DNA from: Octopus sinensis
Taxonomy: Eukaryota
DNA: 64,000 bases
Assembly (NCBI RefSeq): GCF_006345805.1
Contig: NC_043004.1
Coordinates: forward strand, 186,001-250,000
Reading direction: 5' to 3'
The position numbers and the translations under genes were made by a program. The notes below the pieces were generated by a model. It was given only the letters and a program-made list of their open reading frames with translations. It searched no databases and had not been told where the DNA came from. Below are positions 14,172 to 26,342 of this stretch, piece by piece; positions within the stretch are counted from its first letter, which is position 1, and the number at the start of each line of letters is the position of its first letter.

Positions 14172-14598
14172 TGCTCAATACCACAGATTTGCTGTCAGTT
14201 GTTTGACCTTAACCAGTTGAGCATGTCCCTAGTGGCTGACGATATGTGCATCTCTGATCACGAGCAGAAGTAGTGGGGAGCATCATAGCCATGTTTGAGA
14301 AGGATTCTTTGGGGTTGAATAATTCACCTCTGGAAACATGGGGTTTCGTTTCAACGTCCTAAACAACCCTTATTCAGGGACCTTTTGAGCGGGATGGGTT
14401 ACTCGATCTGAGAAAAATTCTAACTGGGCTCCACCTGCAAGGTCATGTGCTGTTATCTTGATATGAGATCACCATGTCGCGCACATATGGTTGTGATGCA
14501 TGTGCCTGGTGTACCTTATCAGACGGGTAGCCATGATGGGTACTGGGCTTTGTATATTTACCCAGTGTCACTTGATGGCATGCTCTGCTCGCTCACTC
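14172..14598 (+). mobile_element. (AAT)n-flanked interspersed repeat, probable 3' end of a non-LTR element
   Basis: Recurs at 16601-17058 and partly at 13345-13550; ends ...TCACTC-(AAT)n. Confidence 0.6.
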
Positions 14599-14603
14599 AA
14601 TAA

Positions 14604-14639
<36 letters not shown>

Positions 14640-14821
14640 TTCATTTATTTGCCACAAGGGCGAAGGATGAGGGGGACAATACAGAGACAGGTAAAAAGGT
14701 AGGGGTTTACATATAATAATGAAAGATAGAAAAAGGTAAGTATAGACGTTATACACTGAAAAAGGACATACAAAGGTGAAAGAAAAAGAAAAAATATTTC
14801 TCTAAAAAGAAACGGAGAAAC

Positions 14822-14980
14822 TTTCAGAAAATAACACTACTAAGCACTGCATACATCCTACATAAAGTACTTTCAATACAGTGAAAATAATAACACTACA
14901 ACAGACGACAGCACACACCCATGCCACAAAGCAGCGCTCGGTAGCGCAGTGAAAGCACGTGATAAGAATAAGACTACTGA
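14822..14980 (+). mobile_element. R4/Dong-type LINE 3' tip
   Basis: Encodes an FQKITLLSTAYILHKVLSIQ* variant of the REL-ORF C-terminus, then a 3' UTR and (AAT)n. Confidence 0.7.
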
Positions 14981-14995
14981 ATAATAATAACAGTA

Positions 14996-15067
<72 letters not shown>

Positions 15068-15252
15068 TTCATTTATTTGCCACAAGGGCGAAGGATGAGG
15101 GGGACAATACAGAGACAGGTAAAAAGTGTAGGGGTTTACATATAATAATGAAATGATAGAAAAAGGTAAGTATAGACGTTATACACTGAAAAAGGGACAT
15201 ACAAAGGTGAAAGAAAAAAGAAAAAATATTTCTCTAAAAGAAACGGAGAAAC

Positions 15253-15412
15253 TTTCAGAAAATAACACTACTAAGCACTGCATACATCCTACATAAAGTA
15301 CTTTCAATACAGTGAAAATAATAACACTACAACAGACGACAGCACACACCCAATGCACACAAAGCAGCGCTCGGTAGCGCAGTGAAAGCACGTGATAAGA
15401 ATAAGACTACTG
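15253..15412 (+). mobile_element. R4/Dong-type LINE 3' tip (duplicate)
   Basis: Copy of 14822-14980 in the second tandem unit. Confidence 0.7.
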
Positions 15413-15428
15413 AATAATAATAACAGTA

Positions 15429-15499
<71 letters not shown>

Positions 15500-15647
15500 G
15501 ATGATGATGATGTTAGAATGTGAATGTTAAAAACTGGCTAATATATACGGCAGCTAATTTGGGAGCATCACAAAGCATTATTACCTGCATTTTTTGTCGA
15601 TTAAATAAAAGGAGGGAAATATTTGCTCATCCAAACGAAGTCCAAGA

Positions 15648-15790
15648 ACTCATTTCTACAGCTGAGTGAACTGGAGCAACGTGAAATAAAATGTCTTGCT
15701 CAAGAACACAACATGCAGCCAGGTCCGGGAATCGAACTCACAACCTCCCGATCGTAAGCTCGACGCTCTAACCACTGAGCCGTGCGCCTT
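15648..15790 (-). mobile_element. tRNA-head plus CORE-like SINE
   Basis: Minus strand A/B boxes followed by GTGTTCTTGAGCAAGACATTTTATTTCACGTTGCTCCAGTTCACTCAGCTG, resembling the CORE domain. Confidence 0.8.
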
Positions 15791-16113
15791 CACACACACA
15801 CACAGGCAAGCGCGCACGCACTGGCACACACACACACAGGCACGCACACGCGCAGTGGCACACACACACACACAAAGACACACACATATATAATAGTTTT
15901 GCATCGACTATTTCCTGTTCATTGATATATAATTTCAGATTAATATAAATAATAGATTCTGTATGGGGATAAGAGAGAAACGAAATGTTCGGCCAGCCTA
16001 ATTAAAAGCAATTAATAAAAAAATAGCAATTAATCTTCCAGCAAACTGTGATATTAATTTTTTGTCTTTTATTCTTTAATTTTATTCTATTGAAGCATTA
16101 ATTATTATATATT

Positions 16114-16153
<40 letters not shown>

Positions 16154-16210
16154 CTATTATATATGTATGTATATGTATATGTATATATATATATATATAA
16201 TGTGTGTGTG

Positions 16211-16243
<33 letters not shown>

Positions 16244-16528
16244 GTGTGTATGTATATATATATACATGTATATATATATATGAATATATTATATGTGTGT
16301 GTATACATATTTATATATATACCTACCTATATATATATATATATATTATATTATATTATATATATATATTTCATATATCTGAATTTGATTTTAAAAATAA
16401 AACAAAATAGGTAAAATACAGTAAGCTATAACTGCAAAATATATTCTTTATAATATTTAAACTAAGACTATATTGTTATAATAATAATATTAACAATAAT
16501 AATAATGATAATAATAATAATAATAATG

Positions 16529-16600
<72 letters not shown>

Positions 16601-17058
16601 TGTCTTGGTATAAAATATGAGCTACAGCAAATATTCTGCTCAATACCACAGATTTGCTTGCCAGTTGTTTGACCTTAACCAGTTGAGCATGTCCCATAGT
16701 GGCTGACAATATGGGCATCTCTGATCACGAGCAGAAGTAGCGGGGGAGCATCATAGCCGTGTGTTGATAGAGATTCTTTGGGGTTTGAATAATTCACCTC
16801 TGGAAACATGGGTGTTTCGTTCAACGTTCTTAAACAATCTTTATTCAGGGACCTTTTGAGCGGGATGGGCTACACGACCTGAAGAAAATTCTAACTGGGT
16901 CCCACCTGCAAGGGTCATGCGATGTTAATATTGATATAAGATCACCACGTCGCGCACATATGGTTGTGATGTATATGCCTGGTGTACCCTTATCAGGCGT
17001 GTGGGTTTCGTATATTTTACCCGTGTCACCTTGATGGCATGCACTGCTCTGTCACTCA
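16601..17058 (+). mobile_element. Second copy of the (AAT)n-flanked repeat at 14172
   Basis: Colinear with 14172-14598. Confidence 0.65.
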
Positions 17059-17280
17059 ATAATAATAACAATAATAATATCATTTATTTGCCACAAGGGC
17101 GAAGGATGAGGAGGACAATATAGAGACAGACATAAAGTGTGGGGGTTTACATATAATAATGAAATGATAAAAAAAAAAGGTAAGTATACACGTTATACAC
17201 TGAAAAAGAAGGGACATATGCATATAGCATACAAAGGTAAAAAAAAAGAAAAATTATTTCTCTAAAAGAAACGGAGAAAC

Positions 17281-17441
17281 TTTCAGAAAATAACACTGCT
17301 AGGCACAGCACACATCCTACGTAAAGCACTTTCAATACAGTGAAAATAAGACCACTACAACAGACCACAGCACATACCCAAGGCACACAGAGCTGCGCTC
17401 GGTAGTGAAGTGAAAGCGCGTGATATGAATAACACTACTGA
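17281..17441 (+). mobile_element. R4/Dong-type LINE 3' tip
   Basis: 17281-17343 = FQKITLLGTAHILRKALSIQ*, matching EIQKIVLMGTAHILRKILSM* of the LINE at 26.5 kb; ends in (AAT)n. Confidence 0.8.
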
Positions 17442-17456
17442 ATAATAATAACAGTA

Positions 17457-17493
<37 letters not shown>

Positions 17494-17545
17494 CAACAAA
17501 AACAATAACAACAACAGCAATAATAATGATAATATAAAATATATA

Positions 17546-17590
<45 letters not shown>

Positions 17591-17788
17591 CAATGAAAAT
17601 ATAATAATAATAATAAACTAATAATAATAATATAATAGTAGTAGCAAAAAAGAAAAGAAGAGTGCCATTGTTATCAAGCGAACACAGGTTTAAAAGAAAA
17701 ACTTGTCAATCTACTTCATTTTTGGTAATATTTTATAGGATTGAGGTAACACCTACTGCAGGAGTTATCTAAATCCTAATAACAATAA

Positions 17789-17852
<64 letters not shown>

Positions 17853-18455
17853 CAACAACAACAACAACAATAACAACAACAACAACAACAACAACAATAA
17901 TAATAATAATAATAAAAATGATGATGATGATGGTGTTAGAATTTGAATGTTAAAAACTGGCAGCTAATTTGGGAGCATCACAAAGCATTATTACCTGCAT
18001 TTTCTGTCAATTAAATAAAAGGAGGGAAATATTTGTTCATCCAAACGAAGTCCAAGAAGATTTTTATGTTAAAAGAACTGTGAGATGATTATTATTAGTA
18101 GTAGTAGCTCTTGGCAGCGTTGGCTGCTACTGCTGCTGTTACTACTATTATTAGAAATATTGTTGTTGTTGTTGTTGTTGTTACTGCTGCTCGTGTTCAT
18201 AACGTTGTTGGGTGATATTGATTCCAACGAATTTCGTAAGGTACCCTATGTAAAGAAATGACACACCCCCACAGCAAGACGCCCCAGGTGACTTGTACTT
18301 TAACCCTGCGCCGACCAGTATCGTTCGAGTGAATATGGTTTCGGAGACTGTATGGAAACCTGTCGTAGACATATATATATATATATATATATTACGGAGA
18401 TGTACTTGCATAGCGAGTGACTTGATCTGAGATCGTGTGCTGGAACGAAAACAAG

Positions 18456-18710
18456 TGCAGTGTGGAAGGTGTTTATAAGCCGTTTAAGAAACACACAAAA
18501 ACCGTTAGATTCACTTCAACATTTAAGTTTAATTTGTGAAAATATTTTCGTCGCTTTGAGACCGCGACCTGCAGCACGGAGTTTTGTCAGTGAATAGGTC
18601 ACGGTCTCAAAGCGACGAAAATATTTTGACAAATTAAATTTAAATGTTGAAGTGAATCTAACGGTTTTTGTGTGTTTCTTAAATGGCTTATAAACACCTT
18701 CCACGCTGCA
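18456..18710. repeat. 115-bp inverted repeat (PLE pLTR-like) with 25-nt spacer
   Basis: Arms 18456-18570 and 18596-18710, 5 mismatches counted by eye. Confidence 0.95.
18583..18633 (+). ncRNA. Candidate hammerhead ribozyme with variant core GTGAATA
   Basis: TTTGTCA-GTGAATA-G-GTCAC(GGTCTCAAA)GCGAC-GAAA-ATAT-T-T-TGACAAA; 7-bp stem I; palindromic AATATT stem III. Confidence 0.55.
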
Positions 18711-18711
18711 A

Positions 18712-18748
<37 letters not shown>

Positions 18749-18834
18749 TAATCCAAACAAGAAAACAAAAACAAAAAAACAACAACGCAAGGACGTGGAA
18801 CAAATAAAGTATTATTGGACGCTCAGGAAAGAAG

Positions 18835-18870
18835 GGAAGACGTTTCGAGCGGAGCTCTTCGTCGGAAACA
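18835..18870 (-). ncRNA. Degenerate minimal HHR
   Basis: Minus strand: TGTTT-CCGACGA-A-GAGC(TCC)GCTC-GAAAC-GT-C; U4C; the 3' strand of stem I does not pair. Confidence 0.55.
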
Positions 18871-18984
18871 TAGGAGAAGGAAAGATCCCGAGAAGGGAAG
18901 ACAGGTGAAAAAAATCGATAGTGATACAGACGAGGTCATATATGTATATATATACATATATACATATACACATCTATATTTATG

Positions 18985-19016
<32 letters not shown>

Positions 19017-19019
19017 CAC

Positions 19020-19195
19020 ACATTTTTTCTCTCCTCGTTTCTCTCCTTGTTTTTTTTTCTGTGTCCCTTTCTGTAGAAGAGCGTAGACTTGAAACGTAAA
19101 AGACTTTTCAATTCCTGAGCGTTATACTAATACATCTGTTTGTTTTCTACACCACCTGTCTTCGTCTTTTGTTTTTTTTTTCGTGAACTCTCGCT
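19020..19195 (+). mobile_element. Short HHR-bearing PLE-derived element between microsatellites
   Basis: Contains CTTT-CTGTAGA-A-GAGC(GTAG)ACTT-GAAAC-GT-A-AAAG (19066-19103); homologous to 8330-8490. Confidence 0.65.
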
Positions 19196-19220
19196 ATATA
19201 TATATGTGTGTGTGTGTGTA

Positions 19221-19265
<45 letters not shown>

Positions 19266-19470
19266 GATATGTATGTATATATGTATGTGTGAACGTATAT
19301 GTATGTTTGTGTGTGTATGTATGTATATATATGTGAATATGTATGTATATGTATGTTTGTGTGTGTACGTGTGTGCGTGTGCGTGTGTGTGTATGTATGT
19401 GTGTGTGTATGTTCTTCCGCTGCTTGACATCCAGTAACTTAGCAGTTAGGAAAAACAGACCATACTTTGA

Positions 19471-19545
<75 letters not shown>

Positions 19546-19920
19546 AGTAATGGGGGTCGATTTGTTCGACTCAACCCTTTAAGGTAGTGCCCCCGAAGGG
19601 CCGCGGTCTAATGAATGAATCAAGTAAAAGAACTGAGTAGAACTACCGTCACTCATTGTGTGACCAAGGTGGACAAAGAATTAGTCAATCCAGTGTACCT
19701 CCACAATTGCTGGCCATTCTTTTCCATTTTCAAAGCTTAGAGCGGCCCCAGGATATGGTAAAGGACAGGACACTTGCTCACAATGCCAACAATGGGTTTC
19801 CGAACCCAAGAACTCATTGTTTTGAAGTGGACAGTTTAACCTGCGAAAAATTGTTGTTTAAATATTTTATATACGCGTTTGTATGGTTATGCATATATGT
19901 ATATGCGTGTGAGTATACGT

Positions 19921-19921
19921 T

Positions 19922-19971
<50 letters not shown>

Positions 19972-20025
19972 TAGATAGATATAGATAGATAGATAGATAG
20001 ATAGAGATAGATAGATAGATAGATT

Positions 20026-20065
<40 letters not shown>

Positions 20066-20162
20066 TAGATAGATAGATAGATATAGATAGAGATAGATAA
20101 TAGATAGATATATAGATAGATAGATAGATAGATAGAATAGATAGATAGATAGATAGATAGAT

Positions 20163-20200
<38 letters not shown>

Positions 20201-20241
20201 GAAGATAGATAGATAGATAGATAGATGATAGATAGATAAAT

Positions 20242-20288
<47 letters not shown>

Positions 20289-20335
20289 TAGGCAGGCAGA
20301 CAGACAGACTGACTGACTGACTGATATATACATAA
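19921..20335. repeat. (GATA)n/(GACA)n microsatellite
   Basis: Read directly. Confidence 0.97.
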
Positions 20336-20773
20336 ATCATACATACATGCATACATACATATTGAGAGAGGTAGCAAGAGAGCCAGGCAGGCAGATATGA
20401 TAGATATAAGGATCTACACAGAGAGCACGAAACGTGGGGTGTGGGGATAGATAGAAGGCGGGTGGGCTGTAGTGGATGAATAGAAGACATGAGATGGAGA
20501 AGTTGCGGAGGAGGGTGATGAGGGGAGGAAGTGGAGGATGAAGAATGATCCGTCTCAGAGAAACAGAAGTACCGATGATACAAGCACAATACAAGACAAG
20601 GCAATGTTGGTGTGGGGGGAGAGCGTGCTTGACGAGGCGAGGGTGTGATTGGTGGCGCTGGGTGGCTGAGGCTACGGATGGGAGCGAAAGAACAAACTTG
20701 CCACAAATTCACGCACGTTCACACAAACTAGCATACGCGCATACAAACACACATATACATATCTGTGTGCGAT

Positions 20774-20805
<32 letters not shown>

Positions 20806-20953
20806 CATATACATATACAGGCATATATATATATTATATTCATATATGACAATATGACAATCTGTCTATATGAATGTACGTATATATATATATATATATA
20901 GATATATATATATATATATACATACTATATTATATAATATTTAAAACTACATA

Positions 20954-21010
<57 letters not shown>

Positions 21011-21090
21011 ATATATATACATATATATATATCCATATATATGTATGTATATACAAACTGCTATATATATATAACATATATATATATTAT

Positions 21091-21122
<32 letters not shown>

Positions 21123-21319
21123 CTATATATATAATATATAATATATATTATATATAATTAATATATAGTGAAAAAAATGAATAAGAGGCAAAGAATAATT
21201 AGATTATCAAAGGGGAAGAGTGGAAGGATATCATGCCAGAGAGAAAGGGTGGGAGGCAGCATGTAGATGGAGATGAGTCTAGTGAGGTCATATTGAAACA
21301 ATGCACCTATATATATAGA

Positions 21320-21697
21320 CTAGCAGTATCACCCGGCGTTGCTCGGATTTGTAAGGGAAATAACTATAAAGCATTTTTAGAGAGTTATAGCCAAAAAATA
21401 GCAAAAAAATGGAAAAAAATTATGGTAAATTTTTTTGAGAGTTAAAAAGGTGGAGTTGCGTCCCCTAGACAGTCTGTGGTTTGTGTTTCTAATTCTCGAC
21501 CCCATGTCGAATTTATCGATTTTTTTCAGAACTGGGGGAACTTTTCAAAATTTTCGCTGCGTTCGTTTTGAATTATGACATTGGGCTATGTGTGTGTCAA
21601 GTTTCATTAGAATCGGTTGAAAGCCGTGGTCAGAGTGAGGGTACAACCAAACAGACACACAGAAACACACACAGACAAACTGCCGTTTATATATAGA
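21320..21697 (-). mobile_element. Non-autonomous Helitron
   Basis: Minus strand: A|TCTATATATAAACGG...CCGAGCAACGCCGGGTGATACTGCTAG|T. Confidence 0.8.
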
Positions 21698-21823
21698 TAT
21701 ATATATATATATATCCTTTAGTGGTGGGTTAACAAGTTTACCAATGGTTTCATGTAAGTAGCAATCTCTAAACGATTATCAAGCCTGTCACATGGGAACA
21801 TTGTCACTCTCCATTTTCGATTA

Positions 21824-21854
<31 letters not shown>

Positions 21855-21869
21855 GAGAGAGCGGGATAA

Positions 21870-21906
<37 letters not shown>

Positions 21907-22089
21907 AGATAGATAGATATAGATAGATATATAGACAGACAGACATACACATCTGTGCATTTTATAGATTGTGTGTGTGTGTGTGGATGTGCGGTAGCAT
22001 ATATATGTATATACATGTATGTATGTTCGTGAACTTTTATATATGATTCATATATGATTTATATGTGCATATACATATTACATATATGC

Positions 22090-22136
<47 letters not shown>

Positions 22137-22202
22137 TGTGCTTGTGTATGTGTGTGTGTGTGTGTTTGGTGTGTGTGTGTGTTTGTAATGTTCCTAGAAA
22201 AA

Positions 22203-23960
22203 AATTACTTAACACACACCACGGGTTCCGTTTAGGAAGAAGCTGCCTCATACACCTCTTACAGCACTAAGTGCTGGGTCTCGAGACAGCTGCTTGACCA
22301 TTCAGATATCAGTGTGATATATCTTGACTTTAGAAATGCCTTTGATAAGGTAGACCATGGCATGATATCACAAGGTGCGAGATTTTGGCATTACTGTTAA
22401 ACGGGGAGACTGGTTGCATGACTTCCTTAAAGACAAATGTCAAGCAGTTACAGCCAATGGTGCCCTTTCTGAGGGAACTCAAATTCTAAGTGGGGTCCTC
22501 CAGGGAATTGTCCGGGGCCATTACTGTTTGTAACAGACTGCTTAGACATGTCACTCAGACAGTCACTGTCACTAGCTACGCCGATGATACAAAATTATCA
22601 CAGACAATGAAAAATCCAGATGATATCGCAAGCTTACAGCGGGACCTGAATGCAATGTACAATTGGGATGAAGCAAACATGCAGTTTAATGCTGGAAAAT
22701 TTCAAGCACTGAGGTGTATGAGTGGCTGTGTGGTAAGTAGCTTGCTTACGAACCATAGGGTTCCGGGTTCAGTCCCACTGAAAAGCCTTGTGAGTGGATT
22801 TGGTAGACGGAAACTGAAAGGAGCCCGTCGTATATATGTATATATGTATGTGTGTGTATATGTTTGTGTTTCTGTGTTTGTCTCCACCCTCAACATCGCT
22901 TGACAACCGATGGTGGTGTGTTTACGTCCCCGTATCTTAGCGGTTCAGCAAAAGAGACTGATGGAGTAGGTAATAGGCTTACAAAGAATAAGTTCTTGGG
23001 GTCGATTTGCTCGACTAAAGGCGGTGCTCCATCATGGCCACAGTCACATGACTGAAACAATTAAAAAAGAGTAAAGAGTACTTCACTGTCAACGCACAAA
23101 TGCACCACATCCTGCTTATACAGGACCCAAAGGCACTGCAATCCCAGAGTCACAGGCAGTGAAAACCTTGAGGATCAGTATGTGCAATGATGCATCATTT
23201 CATATGAACAATATCAAGAGGGCAGCAAAGTGCAGACACCTGGCAAGAAGGATACTAAAGTCCTTCAAGACAATAGACTAAGAAGTTATGTTTCTCCCGT
23301 GGAGGACCTTTGTTGTCAGCCGCCTGAACTATTGCTCTCATCTATGGTCTCCACATAGTGCCAAACTAACAGCGGAGCTTGAAGCGGTGCAACGGTGCCA
23401 GAAGCGGTGCAATGGAGCGTGAAGCGGCGCAGCAAATGAGCTACAGGAAGAGGATGAAAAAACTACGATTTCACTTCCTGGAGCAAAGATGCGACCAATA
23501 TATAATAATCTAGATATGGAAAATTTTAGAAGAGATAGTACCTAATTTCGGTATTGAATGACAGAACTAGATGCTATTGTATTGTACCAAAGGTACCATC
23601 CACTCCGTCTAAAATCAGGACCAAGTACTGCAATAGCCTAGGATTCAAAGGCCCACAACTCTTCAATGCTCTGCCACAAAAATTAAGAAACCTACACAAT
23701 GTAGGCGTAGATGTCTCCATAAAGGAACTAGACATCCGCCTCTCCACGGCCCGGCATGAGGTACAGACAAAGGCAGCGGAGTCAAACTCCCTCATACATG
23801 AGCCAACAGCTGGGACACATAGATGAGTGATGATTTGAACCCCTCTCCTAACCAGAAGAAATCAGCCGAAGGATTATAATAAGTAATGGTGCAAAATCAC
23901 GGTTGTGCGTCAGCATGACCGCAACTGCATGGCCGAAACAAATAAAAGAATAAAAGAATA
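22203..23960 (+). mobile_element. 5'-truncated, decayed CR1-group LINE interrupted by a SINE
   Basis: RT pieces (GRSCLIHLLQH, SYADDTKL, MQFNAGKFQALR), C-terminal KYCNSLGFKGPQLFNALP, and a 3' (AATAAAAG)n-like tail. Confidence 0.9.
22716..23080 (+). mobile_element. tRNA-derived SINE nested in a LINE
   Basis: GTGGCTGTGTGGTAAG head, GGTTCAGTCCC B-box, (TG)n middle, GGCGGTGCTCCATCATGG...GACTGAAAC tail. Confidence 0.85.
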
Positions 23961-24541
23961 ACTATGTATCTACACACACACACACACACACATACACACA
24001 CACACACGCACATACACACACAACAGTAATAGGGAAAAAGCAGGTGCTTTATAGAACATACACAGGTTTCCTCAGAATGTTGAATTAATTACATGACGGT
24101 AGTAAATATGTTATGCAGTCATGCACTTTACCTCATCAGCGTCCAGCAATAAAGAGAAGAATCGATGTTAAAGTTCCAAATACATACATTTTCTCACTTT
24201 ATGCAAATGATCAAAAGCCTTGCGTGTGACATAAAATAGTAGGGAAAACATCATGTTAAGGACGTCCGAACAAGCTAATGTCTCCCTCAAAACCAAATAT
24301 GTGCGGTCAGAGAAAGAGATAGGGAAAGAAAGAGAAAGAGAGAGGAAATAGAACCTATAAAACTATGAAAAAAGAGAAACAGAGAAGTAAAACGGGGACG
24401 AAGAACACTGACCAAAATCATAGCAGGGGTTCAGTTCTGATCATAACTCAGCAAGCAGTGTCTGCAAGATAGAAATACAAATTCAATACGAATGACATGA
24501 AATACAAATATTAACTACTGAACCCGATTATAAATAAATAA

Positions 24542-24603
<62 letters not shown>

Positions 24604-24740
24604 TATAAATATATATATTTTTTATTTTACTATTTTGCGCATGTTTTATCTTATATTTAATCTTTCTATATGTAATTTTTCTAAATGGTATAATTTAATT
24701 TTTCATTATTGAATTGATAAAAGGTGTTTTTTTCTAATTT

Positions 24741-24784
<44 letters not shown>

Positions 24785-24788
<4 letters not shown>

Positions 24789-26288
24789 TTAAATCCTTAA
24801 ATCCTTAAAAATGTTTTAGCCCGAAGGCCACAGCCATGCTGGGGCACCACCGTTGAATGAGCTACACTAATATGTGAATCCACCTCTGATACGTGGCACT
24901 TGGTCAACGAGGGAGTTCGATGCTGCTGACCGCATCTGTGTCTCCTGTCGTGAGGTAGGTTCATCTGGGACCCCCGACAAGAAGAGATCCAATTTAGTTT
25001 TAAAGAAACCCTCATCCACACCATGCATGTCTCTCAGGCATTTAGGGAGGATGTTAAAGAGCTGTGGTCCTCTGAAACCCAAGCTGTTGCAGTATCTGGT
25101 CCTGTATTTTAATGGTGATGTTGGAATATTTGGCACCATGCAGTGGTGCCCCGTTCTGCGGTTGGGGTAACTTTGAATGCCAAAGTTTTGGACAAGACCT
25201 TCCAGGATTTTCCAGATGTATATCACCGCATATCTCTCCCGCCTTCGCTCTAGGGAGAAGAGTTTTAATACTTTCAGTCTTTCCCAGTAGCTGATATGTT
25301 GCATTGAGATGATCTTCTTTGTGTAGCTTCTTTGAATTGCTTCGTGTTCTGCTGTTTGTTTTATATTGTGTGGTGACCATAGTTGGGGGCAGTAGTCCAA
25401 GCGGCTGAGGACGAAAGTTTTCCACAGGACCATCAGTGTCTCCTTCTCTCTTGTTCTGAAAGTTCGGAGAATTCATCCAGCTAGCCGTCTGCATTTTATC
25501 TCCAGATTAGTAATATGCACTTGGAAAGATGCATCATTGCTCATGTCAATGCCCAGGTCACGCACTGATTTTGACTCAGAGATTGCAATTCTTCCCGGGC
25601 CAGTGTATCTAGTCTGTATGTCGTTTATCTTTGTGTGCCGGTAGCGCAGGGCCTGGAACTTACCTGCGTTAAACTGCATGTTGTTGTCCTCAGCCCACTT
25701 GTATATTGTATCCAACTCCTGTTGCAGATGTGCAATATTTGCAGGGTTTTGTATTGTGTGGGAGACTTTTGTGTCATGTGCATAGCTAGCAAGGGTGGCC
25801 ATATTAGCAACTAAGAGCATGCCTGAAAGGGCCCCTATGAACAGCAGTGGCCCCAAGACAGTGCCTTGTGGAACACCGTTTGTATTTGTGTTTCTTTGGA
25901 GGTGGCTCCTTTGGTCACAACTGCCTGCCTTCTATCTTTTAGGAAGTTGTGCAGCCACTCTCCAAGTTTTCCGCCTATGCCGAGACCACGCAGTTTGTGA
26001 CAAATCATACCGTGGTTGACTTTATCAAAGGCCTTTGCAAAGTCAAGATATATCACATCCAAATTTGAGCCATTTAGTAGCTGTCTTAATACCCAGTCAT
26101 AGTGTTGCAGGAGCTGTGTTAGGCAGCTTCTACCTGGTCGAAATCCATGCTGGGTGTCAGTCAGCAAGTCATTTTTTTCAAGGAACATGATTAGTTTCTT
26201 GCGGACTATTCGTTCCAAGACTTTGTTGATGTATGAGGTCAGAGAGATAGGCCTATAATTTTTAGCATCTGCTCTATTTCCTCCCTTA
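24785..26288 (-). mobile_element. 5'-truncated CR1-group LINE (RT and 3' UTR)
   Basis: IYKGGNRADAKNYRPISLTS, YLDFAKAFDKV, SYAHDTK, LDYCPQLWSP and ERRRERYAVIY in split ORFs; (TTAAGGA)n tail; (TA)n on both sides. Confidence 0.95.
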
Positions 26289-26342
26289 TATATATATAAT
26301 ATTTTGTGAAATTTGATTTAGTATTTCTAAATTGAATTCTGT

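Larger units (their letters stand above)
14640..15495 (+). repeat. Near-identical tandem duplication, period about 428 bp
   Basis: TTCATTTATTTGCCACAAGG starts at 14640 and 15068; the copies differ mainly by small indels. Confidence 0.9.

Noticed and set aside
14640-17460. Repeated units separated by (AAT)n as a CRISPR-like array
   Set aside because: Eukaryotic LINE tips and duplications; no repeat-spacer structure.
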